Assembly (NCBI GenBank): GCA_000934665.2
Contig: JYFJ02002762.1
Location: 1 to 51,436, forward strand
Direction of reading: 5' to 3'
Length of the DNA: 51,436 nt
Source: Catajapyx aquilonaris
Taxonomy: Eukaryota
Positions 26,201-41,100 of the stretch are shown here, in pieces. Both the position numbers and the translations under genes were made by a program. Position 1 is the first letter of the stretch. Each line of letters begins with the position of its first letter. The notes beneath the pieces are model-generated. The model made no database searches, was not told where the DNA came from, and saw nothing but the letters and a program-made list of their open reading frames with translations.

Positions 26201-29200
26201 ATATTGTGAATCATACAGTATAACCATGAAGGAAGTGAGCCAATTTTGCAAAACTCTCTACTGTGACTGTACAAAGCCTATAAGCGTTATACTGTAAACT
26301 TCTTGCATTGTTTCAAACGCCTTAAGGGGATGTCTTTATCTACTCGCATCATCACAATCACATGAAGATCTGGTACGCCTATGAAAGCATCGGTTAGCAT
26401 AATATATGCCTACTCTAACATCGGAAGTGATGGCAGCGAGATAATCAGAGGTTTCCCGCTCCGAAGTTACACTTCTATAGATCCCATTTTCTATCCTGAA
26501 TCTGGCACAAAATTTAGTAGAGTATGTATAGGAAGTTTAAGGTTGGTTCTGGACTGTTCTTCCACACTTATTTCGGGGTACACTTTTCATAATACGAGTA
26601 GTGTTAGCTTTGTTCTTAACTTATGAAGGGATTTCTCCATACAGAAAATAATTGTTCTACAGGGCACTCGAACCAACACACCACTAGCTCCATATGATAT
26701 GATTATCCTCTTTCCAAAAATAGACAGTCGTGACATAATACAGTGCAACTTTATCAACAACGCCTACACTGTGGTCGTACTGTACAGTACCTTGTTGCTC
26801 ATGTGGCCATGACCACCTCAAAGGAAAGAAGAATAAAGCATTTTTCCGCACAGATATAGATCATATTAATATATAAATTACCCTTACATTATGTACAGTA
26901 TACCTATCTAAAGAACTCGCAGACTCACCTACTACTTGTAATTCCATAGATAAGCACTTTTCTGAAACTAAGTCTGCATCAAAATTAAACATAGTACAGT
27001 TACTTGTTCTTTGCGTATCTAATAATTGATACAAAATTTCAAATCGCAAACTCATTACCTAAATTGTGATAATTGGTCATGATATTTAACTAACACTGTT
27101 AAACACCCTATCTTTGATATCTTTTCCGTGCGCTGAATGGAATGCCTCGTTATATCCGGCCAAAAAAATTAATTTCCCGCATATTTTGTGTCCCGCCATT
27201 CGCAGGGTAGGGTATTAAAAAACTTCCTGCTGGAAACACGAACCTGGTGAATGAATGTGCAGCGGACCTGTTGTGAATGGTAGGAATACTTGTGGTGGAA
27301 ATTCGCCCTTGATTATTAAATATGTAGGAACGATAAGCCTCGCGTTTGGAGGGTACCTTGCCGATGTGTGTGGATAGCATTCATGAAAGTGCAATAGAAA
27401 CGACGATCGATGTCGAATGTAAACTTGTCGTAGTAGAGCTGCTTCGATTCCGGCCACAATGGAGGCCTGCCTCATGCCTTTCCACTGAATAATTCTTCCC
27501 AGAAGGCACCAGATAGGTGTTCCATTCCACCTCACCATGCATGCCATCCACCATGTCATCGCTAGATCGCTTTCATATCAAAAGATATTGCCCGTTTTGC
27601 ACTCTGGAAAGGAAGTCCCCTCGCTTCATCACATATTCAGTCGTGATTTGTCTGTTGACCTCCGTTGTTCCGCCGTTATGGACCAAAGTGCGCCGACATG
27701 CTCGCACTGCGAAATATGACCTGAGGGGACCGTCTCTTCTACATACAGTATACAATGTGTTAATAAAGGAGGCGCCGCGCCGGTCGTCTTGAATTGATCC
27801 CGCTTGTCGGCCACTTGCAAGTCAGAATATGCCCATTTGATGCAGGAGCCCAGTTTATGATGCCGCAATGCTATAAGGGAATGCTGGAGATATTGTGCAG
27901 AGGAGTCTATGTTGGTGACGTCACAATTCTGTGTTGGAGAGACGGCGCGGCGATATCAGGAGCCATATCTGGAAAGCTCAGTATCGCGGATACTGTATAA
28001 CCTAGGCAAGTTGCATGTTAAACTGTGTGCTTTTTGGGGGGGTTAAGCACCAGTTAACGAGGCAGTAAAATAATTAATCTCGTATGATATTAAAAATTAG
28101 GAATGCTATTCAAGGCTGGCGTGATCTTTTATGAAAGCTTCGGATAACATAATATTGTGTGTTCAGCACGTAATGGCACGTCTCCACGAATGCCATATCC
28201 CTGTCCCTTTATAGCATATTTTTCTTTTATACCGAAAGTGACATTATCAGCGTTATTTTAACCAACATTTGCGCTTAGCGGAGAAGATAAAATACTTATC
28301 GTTGTTGCTGAAATAGAGCAAGCCCATTTTGTCAGGCCTAAGGAACACTAGACGAGGTTAGTTGTTTCTCTCCTTTTACGCAGCACATCGCTTTCGCCAG
28401 TGTAACATTAATTTACGTAAACGAAATTTAATTTATATTTGCAACCGACATAACGATAAAATACACAAATTTAAATTAGTTGTATTGAACTGACAAAGTA
28501 CACAATATTATCCAGCATGGGACTTTGCGGAGGGACTTGGTGAATAATATTGTTTCAATGATTTCTTATAAATAAGCATATATTGATAATAATTTTACCT
28601 CGGAAAACCATGTAATTATAGGAATTTTGCTATTTCCTTGCATGCAGAAAATAAAATCCAGTAGGTCAGAGCCCTAGGGCAACGGCATCCCCTTTTTTCC
28701 CTGCCGGTGTCTCCCAATTGGCACTTTTCAGCGCCATTTAGAAGTTTATTATCCGTGTTTATGTAGTGCGTTTAGTGCTGGGTCCCGCTTTACTATGATG
28801 CCATCAGGCAGCAGATGTTGGACATATGTTAAAGCCAACTCTTGCACTCGCTATGCTAATGCCAACGGGCAAAAACTCTCCCACTAAACTCCATCTAATT
28901 GCTTCGAAAAAAAGTGCTGGAAATTGTCAGCCTCGTCGAGCGACCACTGGTAATTTTTTTTGCTACCAGAGACAATTTAAAGGCAGTTTCATTGCAAATG
29001 GTTATTGATGACCAAACAAATTGTGCTGATGCCATAGCCCCCCATCAGGTCCGACTTTCATGATGGGTATAAATTCAGGGTGGTATACCCGGAAGTGACA
29101 AGTCCCGAAATTGTTGTCGCCTTGCATCAGACGAAGGAGGCTATGACACATGTCTGGGTGACTGCCAGTGTCATTATTAGGCGTCATACCTATCGATCTA

Positions 29201-32200
29201 GGAGACCGAGGAAAGCTCATTTCATAGAGCCTTTATCTCCCCCGAGACCTCAGCTGATTTCTCTCCAATGAGCAAACAAATCCTTCATTATGTAAGCTCA
29301 AGCTATTGTTACTCCAATGCACCCAGTTGACTCTCCTGTCAAGAGGTAATTAATCCACTCCATCGTGTGGTATTAGGTATGATCAAAATGCATGCACCAA
29401 GGTATTGTTGCCATCCGGATGATGCGCAGGGTTGACACTATAGAAGGACAGAAGGGCACAAGTATGGCCGGTTCACTTGACACAAGTACTGGACACCCAA
29501 TTTTTTTGAAGGAGGATGTTACATGGGGTGTATTTTTTTTCTTTTTGTAAACGGGATGCCGTGACACTTACCGTTTTTGGCATCAGAAGGGCAGTTTGTG
29601 AAGTAAGTTTGGTGTAGCCTGGAAAAAGGAGTGTTAGGTTAACAAGAGTAGGCTTACTGTACATCTTATACTGAATTTTTCTGAATAGCACAATCTACAG
29701 TATTTATTAACATAGGCCTAAGTTAATACAAGTATATACTTATCAAGTTTATGTAGTGTATGCTCATTAATTACATTAAAGTTAAATTTAGTCCTCATTG
29801 TTCATGATTATGTTGAACTGGCTTTATACCCACACAAGGGGGAGAAATTCTATTATGTAATGGTCATTTTATGTCAGGGTTGGTTTTACCAGGGAAGATC
29901 CTATAGTACTTTTCGTTATTGTTCAATAATTTGTTCTACATAATGAAAAACTGGAGGTAAACATTGAACCAAGTATGGTAACTACACAACCCTCCCCTTC
30001 AGTCTGCCATTTTAAAAGTTTGTTAACTCGTGCTGAAAGTGAGAGTAAACGTTGACGTAATATTGTTATAGAGTATACAAGAAAATGCCTTTTGGCAACA
30101 TAAAGTTGTAAAATACTTCCCGGAAAAGGTCCTGAGGACTCTGGGGAACGCATGATGCGCTTGGGGCGGGTGGGGAGAGGGTAATATTGATGTGTACGTA
30201 GGGCTTCCCTGTATAACTATAACAGTGATTCTGACCGTGCTTTATGGTAACATTGGTGAATATCCATATTAATTGAGCGATATATATTTTTTGAAAGGAC
30301 GTTAGTCACGCTCAACAGCAGCGTAATTGTTGCACATTATGCATAATTTCGATATCGTGTATTATTTTGCATAAAATTACCCCTGCATAATATTAACGAT
30401 TCAAGCGATATTTTTGAAAACTCTGATTCCAGGAAGAACAAAATAATTGCCATTTTTTAGAAAGTACATGGTTAAACTTCAATACAGTTTAAGACTATAT
30501 ACCTTGGATATAGCCTGATCCTTAGTACAGCCTGGGGTGACATGCCTAATACTACGAATGATGTAAATTACATTTCATTTAAGCACAAAACGGCTTTCAT
30601 TATTCTGGTTGCCTTGTACCAGTTAAGTTTCTGTAAATCAGAACCTATTATCAAATTTTTGCCTTGCGATTTACACGCCCGAGCAGACTTAATGGGACTA
30701 TTACTCTGAATGACTCTTCAGGATTCCCGATTCCAGACAAGTGTCCGGATAAGACCAAACTTCACATGCCAACCCGCGCTTTCACTTACGGGACTGACTT
30801 AACGTGGGGGAATCTGCGCAACTATTCCCTGGGAAACGAGAAGTGCCCCAACCCATTTGGAGTGAATTATGTGCCCCGAGCTGTTATAGCTTTCTTATCT
30901 TTTACAAGCAGCGGGAATAATTTGGAAGGCCAGGGAATTGTGGCCTATAATGCAAGCCAGATGGCGATTCATGCACGAATTATTTTCGTTCGTTATTAGT
31001 TCATGCAGGCATAAACCTATCCGATACACATGGTAACGCATTGAATATGCCTCTGAAAATATAGATATCTTATGCGCGTCAATTTCTACTGTCTATCTAG
31101 TGATTATAATTTGTTGTAATTAGTTAATAATTTGGAACCTGTCGAGGGATTACATGTAATTTTGGAAATGGAAGCAATGGAGATATATTGGCGTGCTTCA
31201 CCCCAGCCCGGTTGAAAGGTCAAATGGCGCCATGCCCTAATAAATATAGGTGCCTGGAGGGAAGAATGGGCGAGGGATTGGAATGGATTCATAAATCCAA
31301 ACGAGCCGACTTTTTTCCTGGGACAGGAAAAAAAGAGAAGGTAGATGTACGGGAGACGGATTAGTATGCAGCGGCTGCACTAGAGAACCCACTTGGAAAG
31401 TCCATTTCTTTTGATCCATGAACGTGTCCGACAGATCCTTCTTTCGACTTTTAAAGAATTCCTGGAAGACACAAAGTCGATTTGGTCGTAATCATGTCTC
31501 CAGGTGGCTATATTTTATGTACACAGCAATATTGCCGTAGTTTTAAAGATATGTGACGTTGCAGTACCGATACGTGACAAGAATAATTCATTGCCCGTTC
31601 TATATACGAAACGGAAAGTGCATTCGGCGCATTGTACAGTGTTGCCACATTGCAGTTTAATGCTTGTTTCACTATACATATGCGTACAACAAATAATGTG
31701 TCTAAGCTTACCATACAGTAGCAACGTAAAGCTACAGGATAATTTTAGAGTGAATGCGCCACATTTTTCCGAGAAAATGGTGTTGTTAAACTATAGGTTC
31801 ATTACAATTTTTGCAAAACTCTTATGCCCTCTGCTCCCAGCCTCAGTATAAAATACAAGTGACGAGCAAAATAATCATAAGGTAGGCCTACTCTCTTCTC
31901 TTGAAAACCCTCATAATCATATGACTCCATGAGCCGGGGTAATTTGATACACAGTACAAACAAGTGAATGTTATCGCGCAACAGAACGTCGAAAGCAGGA
32001 TTTCTCTTTCACGGCCAGCACACTAGTGAAAGAATAATATTGACACTGAATATGGCCCTTTGAGTGCTGATGCACACTGTGCTGCCTTTTTTCGACTGGT
32101 CGACATCCCCGAATGTCAGTTCACATGGTCAAAAAACACATGACCTATTAACTTACAGATTCACTGAATCGAAACGTTTCCAAAGCTTAGTGAACTTTGT

Positions 32201-33339
32201 CAGCTACAGCTGTGGGTGCAGTTGCTACCTCACGAAAGGAGTCGAATTAATGCACAGCATGAAACAGTACTTTTCAGTATAGGTCTAACCGGCGTTAAAC
32301 ATTGTACTGTACTCTCTGCACTGTACTACAATGTCCTTTTTCACGACATGTCACGTTTTCGCAAACAGGCTCAAATGGTAGCCTCTGAATAAATGACCTG
32401 CCGAAGTAGATTCGACCCCCAATTGGATGTGATGAGCGGGCCAATAAACCGGATAGTTTCCCGTAGGAAGCATAGTTAGGGAAGCAATTTCCGTCGAAAG
32501 TTGACACCGGAAACTGAGAGAAGCTGCCATTTTGATGTCGGCCTCCGTTTCACCGTCACTATTATTTCCGTACGACGTTTTCCCGCATCGACGCGGAAAC
32601 TGTCCCACACAATTCCTCCGCTCTATCGCAGCCTTCAATCTCACATGAGCACGTTCACCTGACCAGCTCACTTTATTGCTCTGGTTAATGTAATCTCCTG
32701 CCACAAAATAGTTTCGTGCTCCCTTCGCTTTTATACGTGTTACACATTTAATGTGCTGTTTTGTTGGGTCGTTTTGTGATTAGAAAAAAATAATGGGGTG
32801 GAAATTGATGTCCGCGCCTTGGGTGACGTGAGGTGGCGAGTAAGATATGGTCGTACAAATGTTTGCTGACGGACGCTCGTGTCAACAAGGGTCCACTATG
32901 CTAAACGAGTGCCATTCGTGATGGCATGCTGAGTTATGCACGAAGTCAGCAGCCGATGCGGTCGTAATGAAAACCAGCTGCTCCTTTTGTTTAGTTTCGG
33001 AACCGTGGGGATAACGTCGACCTGTAATAAAATGAGCTGTAAATGCCCGCATTGGCAGGGAAATAAAGATGATTTATTACTTGTTGCTTTTGAACTGCAC
33101 GGGCTATCGTCAAACATGCTGCGTTACCCTGCGTCCCTTATCCGCATGAATCAAGCCTGAAATATGTCCGCCTCTGCCATTATTTCGATTCAGATATTGC
33201 TCAAGTCTCAGTTGCATCTGGTCTCCCCCAAAAATGTCGTTAGATATCTAAACGTCTTTCACTGCATAAAAAAGTCAGTTGCACATGTTTAAAAATTAAC
33301 TATGCTATGATGGATGTGATAAAAAATTCATATACTGCA

Positions 33340-33690
33340 TATGCCGAGCTCGAGCAAATTTTGTTGAAATGTGCTAACGACAGCGATAATAGCGACGGTA
33401 ATTTTTGTAACTTTATTTGGAGATCAGTTCAAAAAAAAGTTATAAATGGAATATTTAGCATGCTCTTTAGGCCATACAGTATAACTACTCTAATATGGAC
33501 GTACAGTACAGGATATTAGTTTTTCCTGTCGAGTATTACAAGTTTTAAAATAGTTCTGAACTTACAATAATTTCATCCTGGCAACTAACTGATCGAGAAA
33601 GTTAGGTGTCTCAATTATAAAATGCTACAGTCTGCTTTTGATCTTTACAGCCTCTCAGAAGGGTCAAAGTCAAAGATAAGTTTGCGTAAT
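33340..33690 (+). pseudogene. Highly decayed hAT transposase C-terminal fragment
   Basis: Ordered peptide remnants YAELEQILLKCAN (33340), ILATN*SR (33575) and SLQPLRRVK (33642-33668) resemble the hAT dimerisation-domain motif PATNAxSERSFSALRRxK. They are interrupted by stops and indels. Confidence 0.35.
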
Positions 33691-36600
33691 GAGGTCGTTT
33701 GATTTCTAGCTTCCGTCTTAAGCAGCGTGACTAGATGCTTTTCTTTCCTTTTTATTTCGTACATTATAATTTTTTTTCCTTTTGACGCCAAAAGAAAGAC
33801 TGCTGATGCAAGCCGAAACTAAGAAAAAGACATTGAAAATACTGTAGGACTATAACTATTAGAGCAGACTAATTATTTTTGACTCATTATATACCGATAT
33901 ATTTTTGGTGATAACTGTTATGCTACATTACTCCCAAGTTTTCTGAGTTGTGTTAGCTACACACATTGACATAAGGCTCCATTGAGCAGTGTAGGCTACT
34001 CCTTCATGTCAGTAACGGCTGGCTCTTATTATTATCACTTGTGCATATATCACTGCCTTTGTAAAAAATTACCTTACATTCCGAGCAGTGTGCGTTACTG
34101 TTAAAGCTCCCTAATAAAGCCTACCAGGCATGATTATATCAGAACAGAACTTATGGACAGAGAGGGTGGGTGGAATCCACACACCGATTATTTCGACTCC
34201 CGCCATTGTTAGAGTAGTAAAACTAATGAATCTGGGCTTTCAACTTCCACATTTTCATAATACCTCTTTGTGAGAATGTTGAGATTCCTGCCTGAATGAA
34301 AGAGAAACCGTGGCTGCTAAAGCGTGAAACTTGGGCTTGAGCACCCCGTAGCCTTGTTTTGGTATAAAAGCCAATTGCAGGCCGTGAGAGGTGCGGGGAT
34401 AATCCGGTGCTTAGTGTGGAGAGAAGCTTGGAAGGAAAAATAGCTGTTGGGATGCCAGGGGCCGAGCGAAAAAGAGAATGGCCTCCGATCGAAGGTTCCA
34501 TCCGGAGAATTCCTTCGGGCACAAACCGCCTTCTAACCGCACTTGAACCGCGAAGGTTGACTCTTGCTGCACATGATCCCAATACAGATTCCATCCAAAC
34601 TTTCCACGGTAAGAAACGTTGGAATGAGTCTCCTTTTTCAATTGCCTCCCAGGCTCGCATTCCGACTACCCACTCTGGCGTGGGAACGACCAACCTAGTT
34701 GCCCCTCTGCGTACTTAAAATGGGTTATTTTGTACTTAACTTTTATGTCACCCGAGAGGAAGGTACCATCCTTGACTCTGGAGGGAACTGTAGTTGTCCC
34801 TCGCGACTCTCACTCGGGTAGGTGCTTCCGATCTATTTCCAGGCACGTTTTCGTGGCTACCGAATTATTTCTTTCTAATTGGAGAGCCTAACATAGAGGG
34901 AAGTTTATCATTCGAATAGTACTCGGTCAGGGTTTTTTTTTTTCCAAAAAGTTTCTATGAAGTTCTAGTAATTGATGTAGTTCCATAAGAATTGTTAGGA
35001 TCACAGAGATTGTGTGATAGGTTTTATTCAGTTGCGATGCAAATGTCGATAATCGTGCGTTTCATGAACATGTCTATTGTCAGCGGAGATGCTGATACCA
35101 TGAATTCCGGCGAATCTATTATGTAAGTACAGTATAGGATGCGAAAAAAGCCCTTGTAAACAATTTGCATGTTGGCCAAAGCAGAAAGAGATTACGTTAT
35201 TCACAATTCTGCGAGTAATGTCCAGCTGACATGTATTTTACAGTGTACCTAATGAATTATATATCCAAGGCTAATAGCCAGCGGAAATGTTCCCCCCTTC
35301 CCCATCAAACTCATACTTAAATCATGGATTAGGTAGGAAAACCCATCACATAGCCATTCCACATGAGAGTGTACTCCAATTTCATGGCTTGTTTTGTCCA
35401 TTTGCACTCCTTCCAATGGACGTAGCTGAAAGTGGCCAATTTACAGCAGACATATTCACTTCCCAAGGCTTATCTAAACGACGATCAAATGACAATTGTG
35501 GGCATAACTGGGGGCTTGGGGAAGTAGAAGTGTACGCCAAGTCACTTGCATTACCTTATTCCCACGAAACATTAATTTTTTGTGCTGTTGAAAGACCTGT
35601 ATTATAAAATAATAATTATTTTGGAGTTATTCATTTCCAGCAAAACATTAATACATACTGTAACAGTCACATTAGTAATTTAGTTCCAATGCTGAAACAA
35701 AATTTCAAAGTTATTTTCATTTGGTTTTCCACTAGCCCAATGCCAAAGGAAGACAGAGTACTCTGCTACCTCGAGGCATTTTTCTCCGTTACCATGCAGC
35801 CAATGTCCGCATCCTGCAGTGGTCCCTGCTTATTGGGCTCCCGGATTCCAGAAGCGACCAGTTTCTCAGATGGGTAGAATTATCGGTTTGTCTACCGGCT
35901 CGTCGATAGGGGCTCATCCCATCTCCCTCGGAGCAGGGCAGCAAAGGGAGGGGAAAAAAACCTGGGTGCGTGTTTCTGCCTCTAATTGGAACCCGACTCT
36001 GGGGAACCCATTGGTAGCCGAATAACTCTGGTGCAGCAGCCGCATTCTACAATTGGGCAGGATCCTCCTGCATCAATTGCAGGCATGTCTCTCTGAATCC
36101 ATTGCGCATGTGCATTTGAAAAGCCTCAATAAACTGCTAGAATTGAGGCGACTTATATTTAAGCACATAATATGCACGAAAATATTTCTTTAAGTGTGTG
36201 ACACTGCTTTACACAAAGGACCAGGATGAATCAAAATCGATCTTTAGCAGAAATCATTGAAAGCCAATAATGCTTTAATATGAATAAAATGCTACTCATT
36301 ACTGTCAGCTTGTAATATAGCTAGAAAATCTCGAATCAATTTTCAAAGCTAAGAAGATAATTTTCCACCCTGCCTGATTCAATTATTCCTTTTCACGGCA
36401 CCTTACACGTGATCAAAGTGAATGTTCAATCAAAATTGATTGGACATGATGTTAAAATGATGCCAATGGTGAAGCTTGGGGCATCTACTGTAAGAGTGAA
36501 GACGGCTTTTGAGTGAAGCCAAGTTGGGCGAGAGTAGGCCTCTCAGTTCGTCTCAAATCCCCGCAGGCCCTTCCTCCAAAATCCTCTTTGGATGAGTTTA

Positions 36601-38067
36601 TAAGACTCCACCTATATAGTAGTTACGGTACGGTACGCAGACCACAAATTCCAGGGGGTAAAAAATAACACAGCCTTTGCCTCCCAGTACAAGAGCTTGT
36701 CGGGATAATTATAACGAGAATTCCACATCGACTTTGGTTTAGTTGCTGGAAAGCTGGCCTTTATTTTCCGCAAGCCGGCTGTTCTGAAGTTTGGAGGTAG
36801 AGGAGTGGATTGGTTGCTACGGAATGCCTCGAATTCTCTATTATATGGTATTAATTTGCGGTGTTTTTGCGGACATGTCAGTCAATTAGGATAATGGCGG
36901 CCCAGAGTCTGTTCAATGGACAGTAGTCAACCTGGGGCAATGAAAAGGTGTTGGTAAAATTTTAATTGTGAAAAGGCTCAACTTGACCATACATTTTTAT
37001 ACCTGAAATGAAATAATAACACTTAATGCACATTCTCAAAATTTATTATAGAAAATGTGATGAAATCAGTATTCTAACATTTTCTGTGGTATAATTTGAC
37101 TCAATAGGTTCCTTCTACATTCTCATGGAATACTCTGCTAGTCTCTTTTTCTCTGTCGGTATAGCTGTGCACCATGCTCGACCTAGTCCTATGATTAGGT
37201 TTGCATCAAAGGGAATGATTCTTAGTCCAAGTCCTATTCCGGCTCTAACCCATCTCTTGCATTAGCCATTCCTAACCTTCTCCACTGACCCCTTTACCTC
37301 CAGGACTATTCTTGCCTTCTGATGTAATTGCGTCTGTGACAAAGGCATGGCCCACTGGTCTACCCCGTCATAGTTATGCCATTGGTCAGAGCACGTCATG
37401 TTCATCCTCTCTCTGAGAGGAAGAAAAAGCTACTGTCGCCTGGGGAGCGACGGTCCTGGCAGGTCCCCTACTTCCTGGTGTTGAGCAGGATAAGCCAAAT
37501 CGGATCATTTACTTCCTCCACCTCTTCTGGTTCCCTCACCTCACCACCTCAGACTGCATCAGTCAGCGAAGATCCCTCCTCCCACTCCCATTCACCCCAC
37601 TCACCTTCCCTTTCCATCTCCACCTCTTCCTTTCCACTTCCAATTATATGCCTCAAGGAACAGCCCAGCGCACTAACAAATGCCTCAGGTTGAAAGTTGT
37701 AAATCTTGTAATTAGCATTATGGCGCCTCAATGTTTACCTCAATTATCACAATCCCATAGAACCATTGGTATTAGAGGCTGATTGTGGAATAATTACGCG
37801 GTAGGATCTATTGAAAATATATAATCATTCTAATCACTTTTGAACGGTTTTTTAAAAATCTAGTTAGAAACCTACGTAACATTTACCACTGTATAGAGAG
37901 GCACATTAAGACCATGCAGGTATCAGGTCATCTTGTTTTCATTTAGCTCCATCGTAATAAATTGAATCGTGGAGCTGTGTTTTCTTGGGAAAGGTAATAC
38001 CAGGAAGTAATTTCGGTAGAGGCTGATCCCAGGATTTTGTGGTTACTCTTTCCTTCTTTCTTGGCAG

Positions 38068-38191
38068 AGGAACCAGCGGGATTGACATCGACCTTCGTCG
38101 AGTGGACATTGATCAGTGTCCCCTTCCCTACGACTCGACGCAACTCAACATTTTTGCCGCCTCCGACAAGTGCAAGTCAAGCACCACTAAG
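38068..38191 (+). CDS. CG31760: Internal coding exon B of the CG31760-like GPCR
   Basis: Polypyrimidine tract and ttggcag| acceptor, donor |gtatgc at 38192. 124 nt, phase 2 to phase 0. The first base completes AA+A = Lys from exon A. Translates as GTSGIDIDLRRVDIDQCPLPYDSTQLNIFAASDKCKSSTTK, containing the family motif DIDQC...NIFA..DKC. Confidence 0.95.
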
Positions 38192-41100
38192 GTATGCCAG
38201 CCATTCTGTTTTCTTACGGGCGACATAGACGGAGTGCAAGTACCAAATCTTTAAAGGGGATGTTTGTGGTCAGGCAGCAAGGAGAAAGCTGTTGTGCAAA
38301 TAATGTGCAAATATTTGCGAAACTCAGCATTGTTTGCAAAATGCTGACGAAACCAAATAATAGTGAAATTAGTACTTGAATACTGACATTACAGTGACAA
38401 TCGTTATTGTCAACAATGTCAACAATGACATGTACTAGTCATTGCTAGTGACGTCAGTACCCAAGTTTAACTGCCACTGTACATACGTGAATGATGGCTT
38501 CATTAACAAAACGTTGGCATATATTGTATTTAATTTTGTCATTTGCAATAATTATGCATAAATTTACATTTTAGCTGCTATATTTTATTTATTGATCAAT
38601 GCAGTACATTTATTATATCCATTTCACACATCACAACAACGGGAATGATATAAAATGATCATACTCTTTCTCACACCTTTCTACATTGAGCCATAAAAAA
38701 AACTGTGTTCCATTATGCCACATCAACCTTTGCCCCAACTAATGAAGCCTCTAAACTTGTCCCTGGGGCTTAGGTCATCTCCAAATGGGGCTCGACTTTT
38801 ATTCCACTCGATGCCCATTTAGCCTTGCAAATGTGGTTATTACATTGGTGATGAAGCGATTAACCTCCGCTGAGAGTATTCCACGACCTGACACTCTCTA
38901 GGGGCGAAAAGTCAGGACGGGAAATGCAATCATCTTGACCATGGCCAGAATATTTGTGGCTTCACCAACGGCTATTAAAGCAGACGCTCTCATTCTAAGC
39001 CACAAGTTCGTGTCCTAAACCGGAAAGACCTGTGACAACTATATAGGTTTCACCAAGGGTTTCACCCAGTAAAATAACATGTGCATGTTAAGAATAATTA
39101 AGCTGAACAATTACTCATTCCTGTAATTTGTTAGCCAATGAAATTTCATAGGAAGCAACTTTGGCTGGTGGTCAGTGGCTAGCTGATGTGAAATTTACGC
39201 GAGTTTTGTAATGTCATCTGATGTTTAGCTAATGTCTAATGCAATGTAGTATTGACAGTCCACAACGAATAAATATTTAGGTATGTATTCAGTTCATAAA
39301 GTTCTGGTTTCAGCAGTGGACATTGGAAAATTGGACAAACTTAAATGCAATTAATCTGCGGGTGAAACCAACTGACCTTTATGACCCTGCCGACGCAAAT
39401 CCGAATAATTGAGCACATTCTGCTAATGATTTGGAAGCACACGGAGATCACATCAGTGTTCAAACATGTTATTACGAGTTGCCGCTGTCGGAATTTTGAA
39501 TTATTTATTATCAATAATATTTGCATAAGTCACCTGTACAGGTAATCTGAGCAGTTGTTATAAAAGTACCTACGAATTATCAAGTGACAATTTGTTGTTT
39601 GGTACTGTACGCAGTAATTTAAGTTAAATGTTATGAGTTTAAAAAAAAATGCTTATCTGCAATTCATACTCAAATGGTACATTCACTGGACAAGATCCCG
39701 CGTGTGATCTTCAGAATGTCAAAAGCGCATGTCAGAACCAGCAGAATCCATAATAGAGCAGGCGATGAGAAATTATGCACAAGTGAAAGCAGCCACAGGG
39801 GACGTCTGTGCCGCATAGTTTTGCTAGCGAGAAATTGGCATGCCCAGGCAGGGTGCACACCAAAACAATATTATATAGGCCTACGATATGCTGGGCTGGC
39901 CCCCCAGGCCGCAGAGTTCTATATCTCTCGCGGACATGAAAATACATCGCTTTGAATATCATTGGAGGTTTCATGCCTGCAAAATTTCCTGTATCGCTTA
40001 AAATGCATAGCTGTGGCATCGCAACAATCCCGCGCATTAAAATTTTCATAAGAACTCTTCAGCCGTAATTGGCAATTATAGCGCCAACAAATCCTTTCAG
40101 AGACAAAGAGTGAAAATGAACTGCGCCATGCATTCCTAGTCCTCAGCCACAAATAGTTTCCCGCAATACCGCCGAGTAAGTCGGTTCCAAACAATTCGGG
40201 ATAAGAATTTCGCCCACTTTGAACTAGACTGCGTTTTATTTCATTTTTTTTTCTCTTTGACACAATTTGAAGGGCTGCATCCGAAACTCCTGGGGCAAAA
40301 TGCGAATCTGAGCCACAGTTTACGCGACATTTACCTCCAAGATGATGGAAAATTGTCTCCGGATTAGAAAAGTTTTGCAGAAACTGGTTGTGGAGGAATT
40401 TTTGGGGGGGCTTCCACCCTGCGTAAGGAAAAAAAGAGAGATTTGGGATTGGGCAATTCCGGAGTGTCAGGGGCGAAGCAGCCAAGGGCAATTCCTTTCT
40501 TCTTCTCTTCCTTCCGGCGCCAATTGAGATCTTCCAAATAATCCGCAAAACGCGCTTCGTGTGAATTTGCTGCATGCGAAAGGTTGAGCCATCGATTTGC
40601 GGAGCCTGTCGCAATTTTTCCGTCTCCAGGAAATAAAGAGATCTCCTGGCGCGCCCTTTTTGTTCATGTCAACGATCGAGTCGAGCCACCATCCAATATC
40701 CCTTCCGGATTCGGGGAAGAATAGAAATCCCTCCGAATGTTAGGGACCCAGGAAGAAGAAGGCAATACAAAATAGTGTGTGTGGGAGGGGGGAGGGGAAT
40801 AGGGATGAGACGTGGCGAACGACGTCTTTCTTTCCTGTATCGTCAGATATTATTACTGTAAAGCTGTATTTGTTGTTTGATGCAGTTTATATTGCGCCGA
40901 ACCTTTTTTATGTGAATAACTCCTCATGGACTATTCAGCTATGGTATTACCTTACCTTCCTTTACCTTTTCTAACCTAACCTAACTTAACAACCTTAATG
41001 GTTCAAATGTTGCACAAATTATTGCTAGGTGGTTCTAATATTCGTATTCTGCAAGTGTTGGTACTAAAGTTTCGGCTGTAATTTGCCAAAGCGGTGAAAC

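Larger units (their letters stand above)
19691..38067 (+). other. GT-AG intron (18,377 nt, phase 2) of the GPCR gene
   Basis: Canonical ends, and the phase-compatible junction gives the contiguous family sequence ...YFFK-GTSGIDID... Confidence 0.88.

Noticed and set aside
39674..39800. RTSRIH...EQAM, resembling the Harbinger-type RIHVERAI motif
   Set aside because: It needs a frameshift and no other motif is present.
39919..40614. Longest ORF in the track (231 aa, minus strand)
   Set aside because: No recognisable domain, random-looking composition, and antisense within an intron.
40971..40985. (TAACC)3 as an interstitial arthropod telomeric repeat
   Set aside because: Only three units; too short to distinguish from a repeat-derived or chance tract.
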